From Paramicrosporidium saccamoebae KSL3 (taxonomy: Eukaryota > Fungi > Cryptomycota), in NCBI GenBank assembly GCA_002794465.1, contig MTSL01000126.1, positions 46,155 through 78,154 of the forward strand: DNA of 32,000 bases. The letters run 5' to 3'. The notes under the pieces were generated by a model that had not been told where the DNA came from, ran no database searches, and saw only the letters and a list, made by a program, of their open reading frames with translations. Made by a program: the position numbers and the translations under genes. Shown here piece by piece: positions 19,689 through 27,965 of this stretch (its first letter is position 1; each line of letters starts with the position of its first letter).

Positions 19689-19935
19689 AATAGATTCGTC
19701 TTGATCAGTGACCGTTAACGGGGTGGGTTAGATAGTATGAACGACATGGGGGTTGAAAAGCAGCGTTAGGACGGGTAAAATGTAGTGAGTGCTGTGCAGC
19801 AAGTGTAGCGTAGTGCAGTGGGTTTAGTGCAACTCGACTCCATTCGACCCGATTTACCTCAATCCAGTTCAATCCAACTCTGATCGATTCACCTCACGCC
19901 CCGTTCTATCTCAATTCAATTCGACAAAGTGGACT

Positions 19936-21345
19936 ATGACTTTTATATGGAGAGCTTATTTGATATTAATACTTCCTTTAATGTTTCTACTTGCACAACA
20001 GACAGTGTATTGGGGCAAACCAAAGAAATACAAGGACATGTGGCGTGAACGGGGAATTCTGACGACACCTGCAGATCACGAGACTGGCGTTGGAAAGATG
20101 AAGATTTATGTGGAACGCTATGCCAACAGTCATACAACTACTAATAATCTGATTCTTCTGGCGGGCGGTCCGGGCCAGCGCAGTTCCGTCTGGCGCGCCG
20201 ATCTGCCCCATTTCACAAAATTCGGTTGGGCCGTCTATCTAATGGACCAACGCGGTGTTGGAAGGAGCACCCGTTTGTATAACGCAACGGATCGCACGTG
20301 GCGACGACGAAAAGTGCCCTCCTCAGCAGGCGATTACACCATTACGAGTACAGCACATGATGTGGCTTTGCTGGCCCAATCCTTAACGGGAAAAGTGTCG
20401 TTGTTGGGGGTTTCTTATGGTGGTCTGTTGGCGGCACGTACTGTGTCGATTTATCCGAATCTCTTTGCATGGCTGATTTTGGACAGTCCCTCCATGATCC
20501 GGGGCCGTTTCCACCCGTCCAATGACGCCCTCTTCTGGGCCGCTTGTAGTGAGGACCAGCATTGTTCTGCCAAAATAGGCAGTGTTCCTGCTGCACGTAG
20601 AGCATATCATCGTGTGATGACGGGACGTCGGGAGAATCAGTGCACAGCAAAGCTGAGTATGGATCTTGTGCGACCCTTACTGCGGGGAACTGTCAGTGAT
20701 CATCAGAATGGTCGACATCCCTCCATGTTGGTTGTGCCTCTGATGCTGCAGGCGTACAAATGTTCCAATCCGTCCTTTTTCAAAAGCCGTATTATCACTG
20801 CTCTACGACGTATCACTCAAAGTGGCCGTATCCGCGAAGGTCGTCACACACACCAATTGCACGACTTTTATAATTCGTGGATTTGCGTCGCTGAAATCTT
20901 CTCCTATCCGCACCGACCACGACAGTGTCGGCGGGGATTACACACAGTGGCGGATCAATGTGGCAATTGGCAGCATTATTATCGCGCTTACGAAGTATTC
21001 CGACGTGCTCTCTATTCGCCCGATCGGTTCCTCTACAATCCCATCAAGACAAATCGCACGCGGGTTGTGGTGTTGGCAGGGGCGCTTGATCTGGTCACTC
21101 CGCCCCCCGCCACCATCAAATGGCTGGCCAACATTACCGCCCGCGCCAAGACGCTGTTATTGTATAATGACATGGGTCATGCCCTTGCTCCTACTGCTCC
21201 CTGTCTGAATCTTCTTTTCCGGGCCATCACCCTCTCCGCGCGACGCTATATGCCACTCTTACGACGCTGTCTTCAAAAACACAATGCGTGCAAAACGGGT
21301 TGGAACTTTGATGGCGAATACTCGTTTGCCCGCAATTGGTGGTGA
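19936..21345 (+). CDS. Secreted alpha/beta-hydrolase, S33/TAP-like peptidase (paralog 1, Arg-rich, no C-terminal anchor)
   Basis: Signal peptide or anchor, LLAGGPG, MDQRGVGRS, GVSYGG nucleophile, AGALDLVTP (Asp), MGHAL (His). Confidence 0.88.
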   Translation: MTFIWRAYLILILPLMFLLAQQTVYWGKPKKYKDMWRERGILTTPADHETGVGKMKIYVERYANSHTTTNNLILLAGGPGQRSSVWRADLPHFTKFGWAVYLMDQRGVGRSTRLYNATDRTWRRRKVPSSAGDYTITSTAHDVALLAQSLTGKVSLLGVSYGGLLAARTVSIYPNLFAWLILDSPSMIRGRFHPSNDALFWAACSEDQHCSAKIGSVPAARRAYHRVMTGRRENQCTAKLSMDLVRPLLRGTVSDHQNGRHPSMLVVPLMLQAYKCSNPSFFKSRIITALRRITQSGRIREGRHTHQLHDFYNSWICVAEIFSYPHRPRQCRRGLHTVADQCGNWQHYYRAYEVFRRALYSPDRFLYNPIKTNRTRVVVLAGALDLVTPPPATIKWLANITARAKTLLLYNDMGHALAPTAPCLNLLFRAITLSARRYMPLLRRCLQKHNACKTGWNFDGEYSFARNWW

Positions 21346-21440
21346 TGTCGTGGTGGAGATGCCACGGTAGCAGCCAATAAAACACGCTCAAACATTGACC
21401 ATAACACTGGCCATAACACCAGTTATAGTATCAATTGATA

Positions 21441-21860
21441 ATGCTCCACATGTTAAGGAGGGGTCGGCAGTACACTGTTAACAGTCGGAACTTGGTGCTC
21501 GACCTACTGGTGGATCTTAGCAGACGAGTGGCCCATTTGGAGGGACAGGTCCGCGTCCTTTCCGAAACCCAACGGAAATTGCAATCTGTCCAAACCCTCC
21601 TCCAATTTGGCGAACACTTCAAGTCCCTGCACCTGCAGCTCATTAAACGCGGCGGGATTGAAGACCCGACGATGCGAAGAGCCTTGAGACGTCATGGAAT
21701 TAGCGTAACCGATGTGCTCCGGTTGGCGGAAATATGTCAAAAACGCAACGAGGTTGCCCATCCGACCAGCGTACCAGACTTGACTGACACTGATGTGGAA
21801 ATTGTCCGGTTATTTGTCAAGATTCAAGGATTTCTAAAGGCCACTGAGACGAAACTATGA
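21441..21860 (+). CDS. Small protein with N-terminal coiled coil and HEPN-like RNxxAH motif
   Basis: First ATG at 21441 (alternative 21450). Heptads LLVDLSRRVAHLEGQVRVLSETQRKL and RNEVAHP at 21744-21764. Coding status is likely; the HEPN call is inference. Confidence 0.6.
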   Translation: MLHMLRRGRQYTVNSRNLVLDLLVDLSRRVAHLEGQVRVLSETQRKLQSVQTLLQFGEHFKSLHLQLIKRGGIEDPTMRRALRRHGISVTDVLRLAEICQKRNEVAHPTSVPDLTDTDVEIVRLFVKIQGFLKATETKL

Positions 21861-21886
21861 GGGTCAGCATGAAATAGGAGGGTGTC

Positions 21887-22027
21887 TGAATGTCAATATA
21901 GCGGGCACTTTTGAATTTCAATATAGCGGCTACTTTTGGAGTTCAGTGTAGCGGGTACTTTTGAATTTCAACATGGCGGATACTTTTAGATTTCAATGTA
22001 CCATGCCGCCCGGAGTTCAATGCAATG
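21887..22027. repeat. Degenerate 25-nt tandem array, 5-6 copies (near TGAATTTCAATATAGCGGNTACTTT)
   Basis: Units start at 21887, 21912, 21937, 21962 and 21987, with a decayed unit at about 22011. Confidence 0.9.
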
Positions 22028-22141
22028 TTCTGTCTCTTTTAACTTTTAACTTAAAATGCAATTCCCACTCTGATTGGCTGGAGAATAAACAAACGTGACA
22101 TTGTTTATACATTATGGCCTGATTGGGCAAGGCAAATTTAC

Positions 22142-23824
22142 ATGCATCTTCTATCCATTATCATTGCAATCTTTGCCATAGTCTTTAAAGACGTCTTGGC
22201 TGGCGCTCCCAAGCTGAGCTGGGTTACGGCGAGCGCGGGGGGCTGCAAATGCACAAGTCTTTCTCCCTCCTCCACTGTGCTCACCGTCCCGGCCCAATAC
22301 ACTCCCCCGGGGGGCGAGGTAAGACTCTTCATCAAACGCTATATGACCAGTGGCAGCACAGCCACCACTCATCTGATCATGCTCCCTGGTGGGCCAGGCC
22401 AGTCCGAAACCATCCTGGAGGGCCATGTCCAGAATATTGCCAATTTCCTGGGAGGCTCAGTGGCACTATATCTGGTAGACATGCGAGGGGTTGCCCAATC
22501 CCAGCCCATCGTTCCCCAGGGCGACTTTTCATGGCGGAACAATCTAGACGCTGTGGCAAAGAGCGCTCCCTTTCCAATAGGCACCATCACCCTCTCCAAT
22601 GCTGCCCAAGATGTGCTGCAGTTAGCCAAGGCCATCAAGGCTTCTCCTGAATTTGCCGCTGATTCAAAACTTTCCGTATTTGGCGTCTCATTTGGTGCTG
22701 TATGGGCCTACCGGGCGCTGCAGCTGGACAGCTCACTCTTCCATGCGGCCATTCTGGACGGCATTCTGGCCTTTGAGGGCTTATTCGATCCTGAAAATGA
22801 CGAATCACTATTTGAAAACTGCGCCCGCCATCCATACTGCAAGGAACAGTTTGGCGGTGATCCAAAGAATGCTCGGAAAATGTTTGCAGAGATTTTGAAT
22901 CCGGCTCTAAATGGATGCACTGCCATCCTCGACCAGGTGTTGGGGAAGATGAAAAATCAACAAATGTCACGAGAGTATCGACTCTATGAATTGCTGCTGC
23001 CCCTATTGGAAGGAAGCAAGTCATTGGGCAATCGATACCATTCCACTCAGCTAATGCTCGCCTTTATCAAGACCACTCACCATTGCGCCACCCCAAGTGC
23101 ATATGGAGCCATCATCAGTGAAGTGGCAGGGATGGGTGGTCACACTGCTGCTGGCGTGATTGCACGCGCTGCTGATGCAAGAACAATGAACATGCTAGTC
23201 AACAATCTGCTTTTCTGCAGTGAGCCATATAACCTCACAGCCGGCCCTACGTCCCCCTCTTGTGGAAAACCAACTCTCATGCATCATTGCATGACTCGTT
23301 TTGTTTTCAATGCGCAATATCAGTCTCTCCTCAAGCCATACGTTGTACCCCGGGATCCCATATGGAATAAGAAGCCAAGCGGGGTCAAACTGTACTTTGT
23401 GCATGGAAAAGTGGACTTGGTGACGCCGTATCGCGCGGCAGCACGACTGGCTCAATCGGTTGGCGGACGTATGTTGGCCTATGACAATTTGGGCCATTCG
23501 CTCATCAGTGCAGGGCAATGTGCTCGGCCCATTTATCGAGAGGCGTTGTTGGGTGAGTCTTCTGGTGCCACTAACTCGTGTCTCGCCACCGTGAATAGTG
23601 CCCCTCTGGACTGGACCTTTAGAATGATGCCAAAATACACTGCATGGTTTGACTCTGCCATTGATGCTAACAAACATTACATTCCCGATCCGCCCAATCC
23701 ATCAGGCGGAGGTGGTGGTTCTATCCTTTGGATTGTGTCAATCATGGCAATATTGCTCATTGCCGGTGGTGCAGCGGCGGTATTCATGTGGAAGCGAAAG
23801 GCTACACCCAAAGTCGCCGAATAA
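22142..23824 (+). CDS. Type I membrane-anchored alpha/beta-hydrolase, S33/TAP-like (paralog 2)
   Basis: Signal peptide, MLPGGPG, DMRGVAQS, GVSFGA, HGKVDLVTP, LGHSL, Pro/Gly linker, TM helix ILWIVSIMAILLIAGGAAAVFMW and short basic tail. Confidence 0.88.
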   Translation: MHLLSIIIAIFAIVFKDVLAGAPKLSWVTASAGGCKCTSLSPSSTVLTVPAQYTPPGGEVRLFIKRYMTSGSTATTHLIMLPGGPGQSETILEGHVQNIANFLGGSVALYLVDMRGVAQSQPIVPQGDFSWRNNLDAVAKSAPFPIGTITLSNAAQDVLQLAKAIKASPEFAADSKLSVFGVSFGAVWAYRALQLDSSLFHAAILDGILAFEGLFDPENDESLFENCARHPYCKEQFGGDPKNARKMFAEILNPALNGCTAILDQVLGKMKNQQMSREYRLYELLLPLLEGSKSLGNRYHSTQLMLAFIKTTHHCATPSAYGAIISEVAGMGGHTAAGVIARAADARTMNMLVNNLLFCSEPYNLTAGPTSPSCGKPTLMHHCMTRFVFNAQYQSLLKPYVVPRDPIWNKKPSGVKLYFVHGKVDLVTPYRAAARLAQSVGGRMLAYDNLGHSLISAGQCARPIYREALLGESSGATNSCLATVNSAPLDWTFRMMPKYTAWFDSAIDANKHYIPDPPNPSGGGGGSILWIVSIMAILLIAGGAAAVFMWKRKATPKVAE

Positions 23825-23997
23825 CCGCCAAAGCGGGTGGAATGACAGGTTAAGAATGATCTATTTTTCTGATACTTTCTTAATCCGACCCTATTTCGAT
23901 ATCCTCTATGCACGGCTATGTCTCTAAGTAAATTCTGTAATTTTTCTTGACAAGATGCAATCTTTAGATCGATCTCGTATAACATAATTGGTAGAAG

Positions 23998-24033
23998 CAA
24001 TCAGATTGGCCATGCTGTGAGCTGGGATATAAA
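23998..24033 (+). promoter_or_regulatory. CCAAT-type box plus TATA box upstream of the 24061 gene
   Basis: CAATCAGATTGG at 23998-24009 (ATTGG is a reverse CCAAT) and TATAAA at 24028-24033, 27 nt before the ATG. This independently supports 24061 as the true start. Confidence 0.6.
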
Positions 24034-24060
24034 GCAGTTTGTGACGCAGCATGCAGCAGA

Positions 24061-24902
24061 ATGATTGTATCAATCGCCTCGCTTTTCTGCCTTTTTGTTA
24101 CGTTCACTGACGCTAGTCGAATTCTGGTATGGCTGTGGCCACTCTTAATATGTAGAGAAATGGTGGCATTCCAGCATCAGCCGGACCGATTATGCTGACT
24201 AATGTGTTAACTATCGGTACTTTTAATTCAAAAAATCCTACTTCTACGTTGAATTCATCCACTGATGGAAAGCGACGAAAATCCATACCAAGAGTCCGCA
24301 CCTTGCTAGACAAGTCTGTTCCTGCCGGTCAAAAGGAAGCAGTGAACGGGGCAGAGCCCAAGAAAAAGAGCAAGAAAGCGCAACCTGCCAAGTCTGGCTC
24401 ACGTGGCTCTGGCAAGCGCCCATCCAGTCCCGCTACCACATCCCAGTCTTCAAGGGCGAGCAATAGAGCTGCATCTTCCAGCTCCTCTTCGACTGATTTT
24501 CCTGTCCCGGACTTGAAGAGCACTGCTACAAAGTCTTTCGAAGAGTCCTTTACAAAGAGCGTCAATCAATCTCTAAGGTCATACCACAAGTCTGTGAAAG
24601 ATGCTTACAAGGCCAAATTGCATAGCAAGATTCGTGCCCAGGGGGACTTGGAGCAGCAATGCAAGAAGCTGCAAGACACCCTCAACAAAAAGTTGAGCGA
24701 GAACCAAAAGTTAAAGGCCGAGCTGAAAGAGTCTAATCAAAAATTGCACGAGTTACAAAATGCGGTTGGGACGGCACGTAACTTTATAAAGTCGGCACTA
24801 CGATCCAGTAAGGTAATCCAGAAGTCGGATGGTTGCGAGAGTGAAGCGAAAGAGTCCCCTGAAGAATCTGAATCCAGCGCGGCTAGTGATTCTTCCTCGT
24901 AA
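24061..24902 (+). CDS. Orphan secreted Ser/Lys-rich coiled-coil protein, 270 aa (family member 3). Exons 24061-24126, 24156-24902
   Basis: Intron 24127-24155 (GTATGG...TGTAG, 29 nt) joins signal-peptide exon MIVSIASLFCLFVTFTDASRIL in frame to RNGGIPASAGPI and the 236-aa track ORF. Contains KRRK, KKKSKK, Ser6 tract, FTKSVNQSLR and a coiled coil. Confidence 0.8.
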
Positions 24903-25149
24903 AAGTATTAATCTGTTCTGGCCACCACGAAATCTTCTAATTTCAGAATATGGGATGAGACCAAGTTGCTAATAAAACCCATCTGCTATTCAATCTTGTG
25001 TTAGTCGAGTTAGGTATCGTAAAAAATTGTCGTGTGGTCGCGGAATTGCTGTAAAATGGTAGAATGATCAGCTGATTCTTTGTAGCCAATTATATAGCGT
25101 CTCAAGTCATAATCTGCACACGGGCCCTTGCCGGGGTCATTCTGGTCTA

Positions 25150-25689
25150 ATGAAGTTCATTGCCACTTCCGTCTTATTCACGTCTGTTGTCGCAGTCCTA
25201 TCAAAGGCAAAATTTGGTGACGAGCTGCGCCAACTGCAACACGAACTTGTTAGTAACAATGCTGGAGTAGCCGCCATTTCACAACAGCTCGAGGGATGCC
25301 CGGAGGGCCAACTGACTGAGTGTGCTCTGGGCCTCCTAAGCCAGTATGGAGAGGTGGACCCCGCTATCCGTTTTAACCTGGAAACTCTCGGAAACTCTGC
25401 CACGAGCGTCCGTAGCGAGTTGCAGAGTTGCTCCGCCACGGGTAACCAGGAGGCGTGCAAGAACAGTGCCACTACCAAGGCGCTCCCTGAACTCGTAAAG
25501 AATGCCAAGCAAGTCTTGATGACTGTGAAAATGGCGTACCCTGGGGCATTTGAAATTCCCGAGATGCGCAAGTTGGAGGCAATACTGGCCAAATATGAAG
25601 CAGATAACGAGTCAACTGACTTTCAAGACGAGCTCAAGGAGAGTCTCCAGACGCTTGAAACTCGCTTCCGAAGCTTTAGCATTGCCTAA
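25150..25689 (+). CDS. Orphan secreted alpha-helical protein, 179 aa, with two Cys pairs
   Basis: Signal peptide MKFIATSVLFTSVVAVLS, amphipathic helices, C-x7-C and C-x8-C. Confidence 0.8.
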   Translation: MKFIATSVLFTSVVAVLSKAKFGDELRQLQHELVSNNAGVAAISQQLEGCPEGQLTECALGLLSQYGEVDPAIRFNLETLGNSATSVRSELQSCSATGNQEACKNSATTKALPELVKNAKQVLMTVKMAYPGAFEIPEMRKLEAILAKYEADNESTDFQDELKESLQTLETRFRSFSIA

Positions 25690-26211
25690 TCCTAAGGTTA
25701 GAATGAGTAAAGATTTTCAATCTTGACGTGTAAAGTTTAGTTAGCATGCACTGTAGCTCGGCAAGCCAATAATATAATTGAAAGTGTAATGTCCCTTCTT
25801 TATTATTAGCGTTAAGGCTGTGTTGTACAAAAGCCAAACCAAGCAGAAATTTTATTTATAAGTTGATATAAAGATCTGTGGGGGGGGGTTTTTTTAGTAA
25901 AAACTCTTTACTGGGAGGTTTGTAGTAAAGAACCATTTATCCAAAATCTGTCGATATGATGCCAATGTACTTTCTCAGTGAACTATTTACATGATGTATT
26001 CTTTAGAGTAGATTATCTATCGCAAACCTGTCAACATGATAGCAATATGCTTTTCGTAATGTACTATTCATATGCTTACTTTCACTATCTCTCACTACCT
26101 CACTCCCACCCACCATCACCCGCTCCTACTCCCATTCTTACCCGCCTGGACCATGTGGCCCAATCGTGTTTAGACTTCATTTAATTGGTCAACCAATCAG
26201 GGTCATCAATA

Positions 26212-27903
26212 ATGAAGCTATTCGCGTTGGCCGTCTTCCTTGGCGTGGCCTCGGCAAAGAACCTCAAATGGGAAACTTACAAGCCAAAGGATGTTGACGC
26301 AACGAAATACATTATCACTGCAGCCAAGCTGAACACTGGCCAAAGCCACGAAACAAGAGTTGTCAGGTTCTCTCGCGGCCATCCCTCTGCACACATTTTT
26401 CTGCTCCCTCCGGCACCTGGACAGGGCGCAAAGTACTGGGAATCCGAGGTGGAAAAGCTAAGAGCAGTGTATGGAGAGGATTTTGTGTTGTATGCAGTCG
26501 ACCTAAGGGGCACGACAAACGGGACGCCATTTTTCGATGAATCATCTGGGAACTGGAACTCGCTGGACGAGGACCTCAAGTCGCAGAGCGGCAAGTTGTC
26601 AATTTCGTCGTTGAATGTTAGTGGAATGGCCAGTGATTTAGAGAGACTTGTGAATCGAGTAAAGGACGATCCCGGATTTGCCGGCAAAGTCTATCTTCAT
26701 GCCCGCTCCTTTGGGGCCCTAATTGCCAAAAAAGTGCTGGAAAGCTCTGATAAGACTTATTCTGCCGTAGTTTTCGAATCCAGCCTGGTTCCTGGCTCCT
26801 GGACACACATCCAGAATGACTCTAGTTTCCTAAAATTGTGTGAAAGTGACGACTTTTGCAGGCACCAGTTTAATGGAATGAGCCCACTCCAAATGCGAAA
26901 CGCTGTGGCCTCTATTGGGTCACCAGGATATAACGAATGCTCCACTGCTCTCATGGAAACGCTGAAGAAGGAATCCATCGGCCTGCTGCCTTCAGATGCA
27001 TCCGATTGGGTTCGAGTTCAGGAATTCCTGCAGCCATTCTTTCAAGGCAAAATTCAGATTGGCGACTATCATTCGGCCATGATCACCCTTCCGTTTCTAA
27101 GTGCAACATATCTCTGCCCAAGCGTCGATACATACAAAAAAGATATTTTGCCAAAGATGATAAAGTTTGTCAAGGACGCAAAGAATCCCTTTTCACGATA
27201 CACCACGTTCGGCTCCGAGGTGGATATTAACCGTTTTGCCAACGCTTATTTGATGATGTACGAAGTGTTTAACATGGGGCTCGAGAAGGATCATCCGTGC
27301 CAAGGAGCGGCCCCCTTGGGGCTGGCCTCGCCCTGCATCCTCTACAAATATTACCACAAATACATTAAGCAGTTCAAAAAGATTTTGGGGAAGCATTCGC
27401 ATGACTATTCCTCTGTCAAGAACAGTAATACGAAAATGTTCTTTATCGGCGGGGCATTGGACCTTGTCACTCCGCTCTCTACAACATCCGAGTTTCATGA
27501 CAAATCGACTGGCATGGAAAAGCGCCTGCTTAAATTCCAGAACCTCGGCCATCATCCACTGAACAAAGGCGCCTGTGCAAGGGAGATTGGACGGGAGATT
27601 TTGGGAAAAGCTGGCTCTGGTGATACTGATGCTTGCATGAAACGTGCTAATGCTGAAAAGCTTGATTGGAAGATGCCAAAGATTAGCTACATTTCAAGCT
27701 GGTGGTCTGGCAAGGAACTAGCACCTAGCACGACCGTTCCGCCCAAAGTCGACGTAGATGATGGGAAGAGCAAGACCAAAGCATTGTATTATGTTGCCCT
27801 TGTAGTGGGAATTGTTGCCGTATTGGCAGTTACCGGACATGTCTGCTATACCCTGTACACGCGGCGAAAGGCTCGAAATGACGATACATATAGTGTCGCC
27901 TAG
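26212..27903 (+). CDS. Type I membrane-anchored alpha/beta-hydrolase, S33/TAP-like (paralog 3, divergent motifs)
   Basis: First ATG at 26212 (MKLFALAVFLGVASA signal peptide). LLPPAPG, DLRG, ARSFGA, GGALDLVTP, LGHHP, C-terminal TM helix and tail RRKARNDDTYSVA. Confidence 0.87.
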   Translation: MKLFALAVFLGVASAKNLKWETYKPKDVDATKYIITAAKLNTGQSHETRVVRFSRGHPSAHIFLLPPAPGQGAKYWESEVEKLRAVYGEDFVLYAVDLRGTTNGTPFFDESSGNWNSLDEDLKSQSGKLSISSLNVSGMASDLERLVNRVKDDPGFAGKVYLHARSFGALIAKKVLESSDKTYSAVVFESSLVPGSWTHIQNDSSFLKLCESDDFCRHQFNGMSPLQMRNAVASIGSPGYNECSTALMETLKKESIGLLPSDASDWVRVQEFLQPFFQGKIQIGDYHSAMITLPFLSATYLCPSVDTYKKDILPKMIKFVKDAKNPFSRYTTFGSEVDINRFANAYLMMYEVFNMGLEKDHPCQGAAPLGLASPCILYKYYHKYIKQFKKILGKHSHDYSSVKNSNTKMFFIGGALDLVTPLSTTSEFHDKSTGMEKRLLKFQNLGHHPLNKGACAREIGREILGKAGSGDTDACMKRANAEKLDWKMPKISYISSWWSGKELAPSTTVPPKVDVDDGKSKTKALYYVALVVGIVAVLAVTGHVCYTLYTRRKARNDDTYSVA

Positions 27904-27965
27904 AATAAATACTTGATACATGCAAGGTGTGAGTTGATAATTGATTGGGGGGCTCTTTATTGAGG

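Noticed and set aside
21887-22027. 25-nt array as a CRISPR
   Set aside because: The units are contiguous with no unique spacers, no cas genes are present, and the context is eukaryotic.
25621-25650. FQDELKESLQ in the 25150 protein resembling the secreted-family motif
   Set aside because: It matches only the generic amphipathic F...L..SL pattern and lacks [ST], [NH], the basic residue and the preceding Ser tract.
25880-25895. G9-T7 run and GTG-start ORF 25978-26184
   Set aside because: Simple homopolymers in an AT-rich spacer; the ORF lacks an ATG start and runs through low-complexity sequence.
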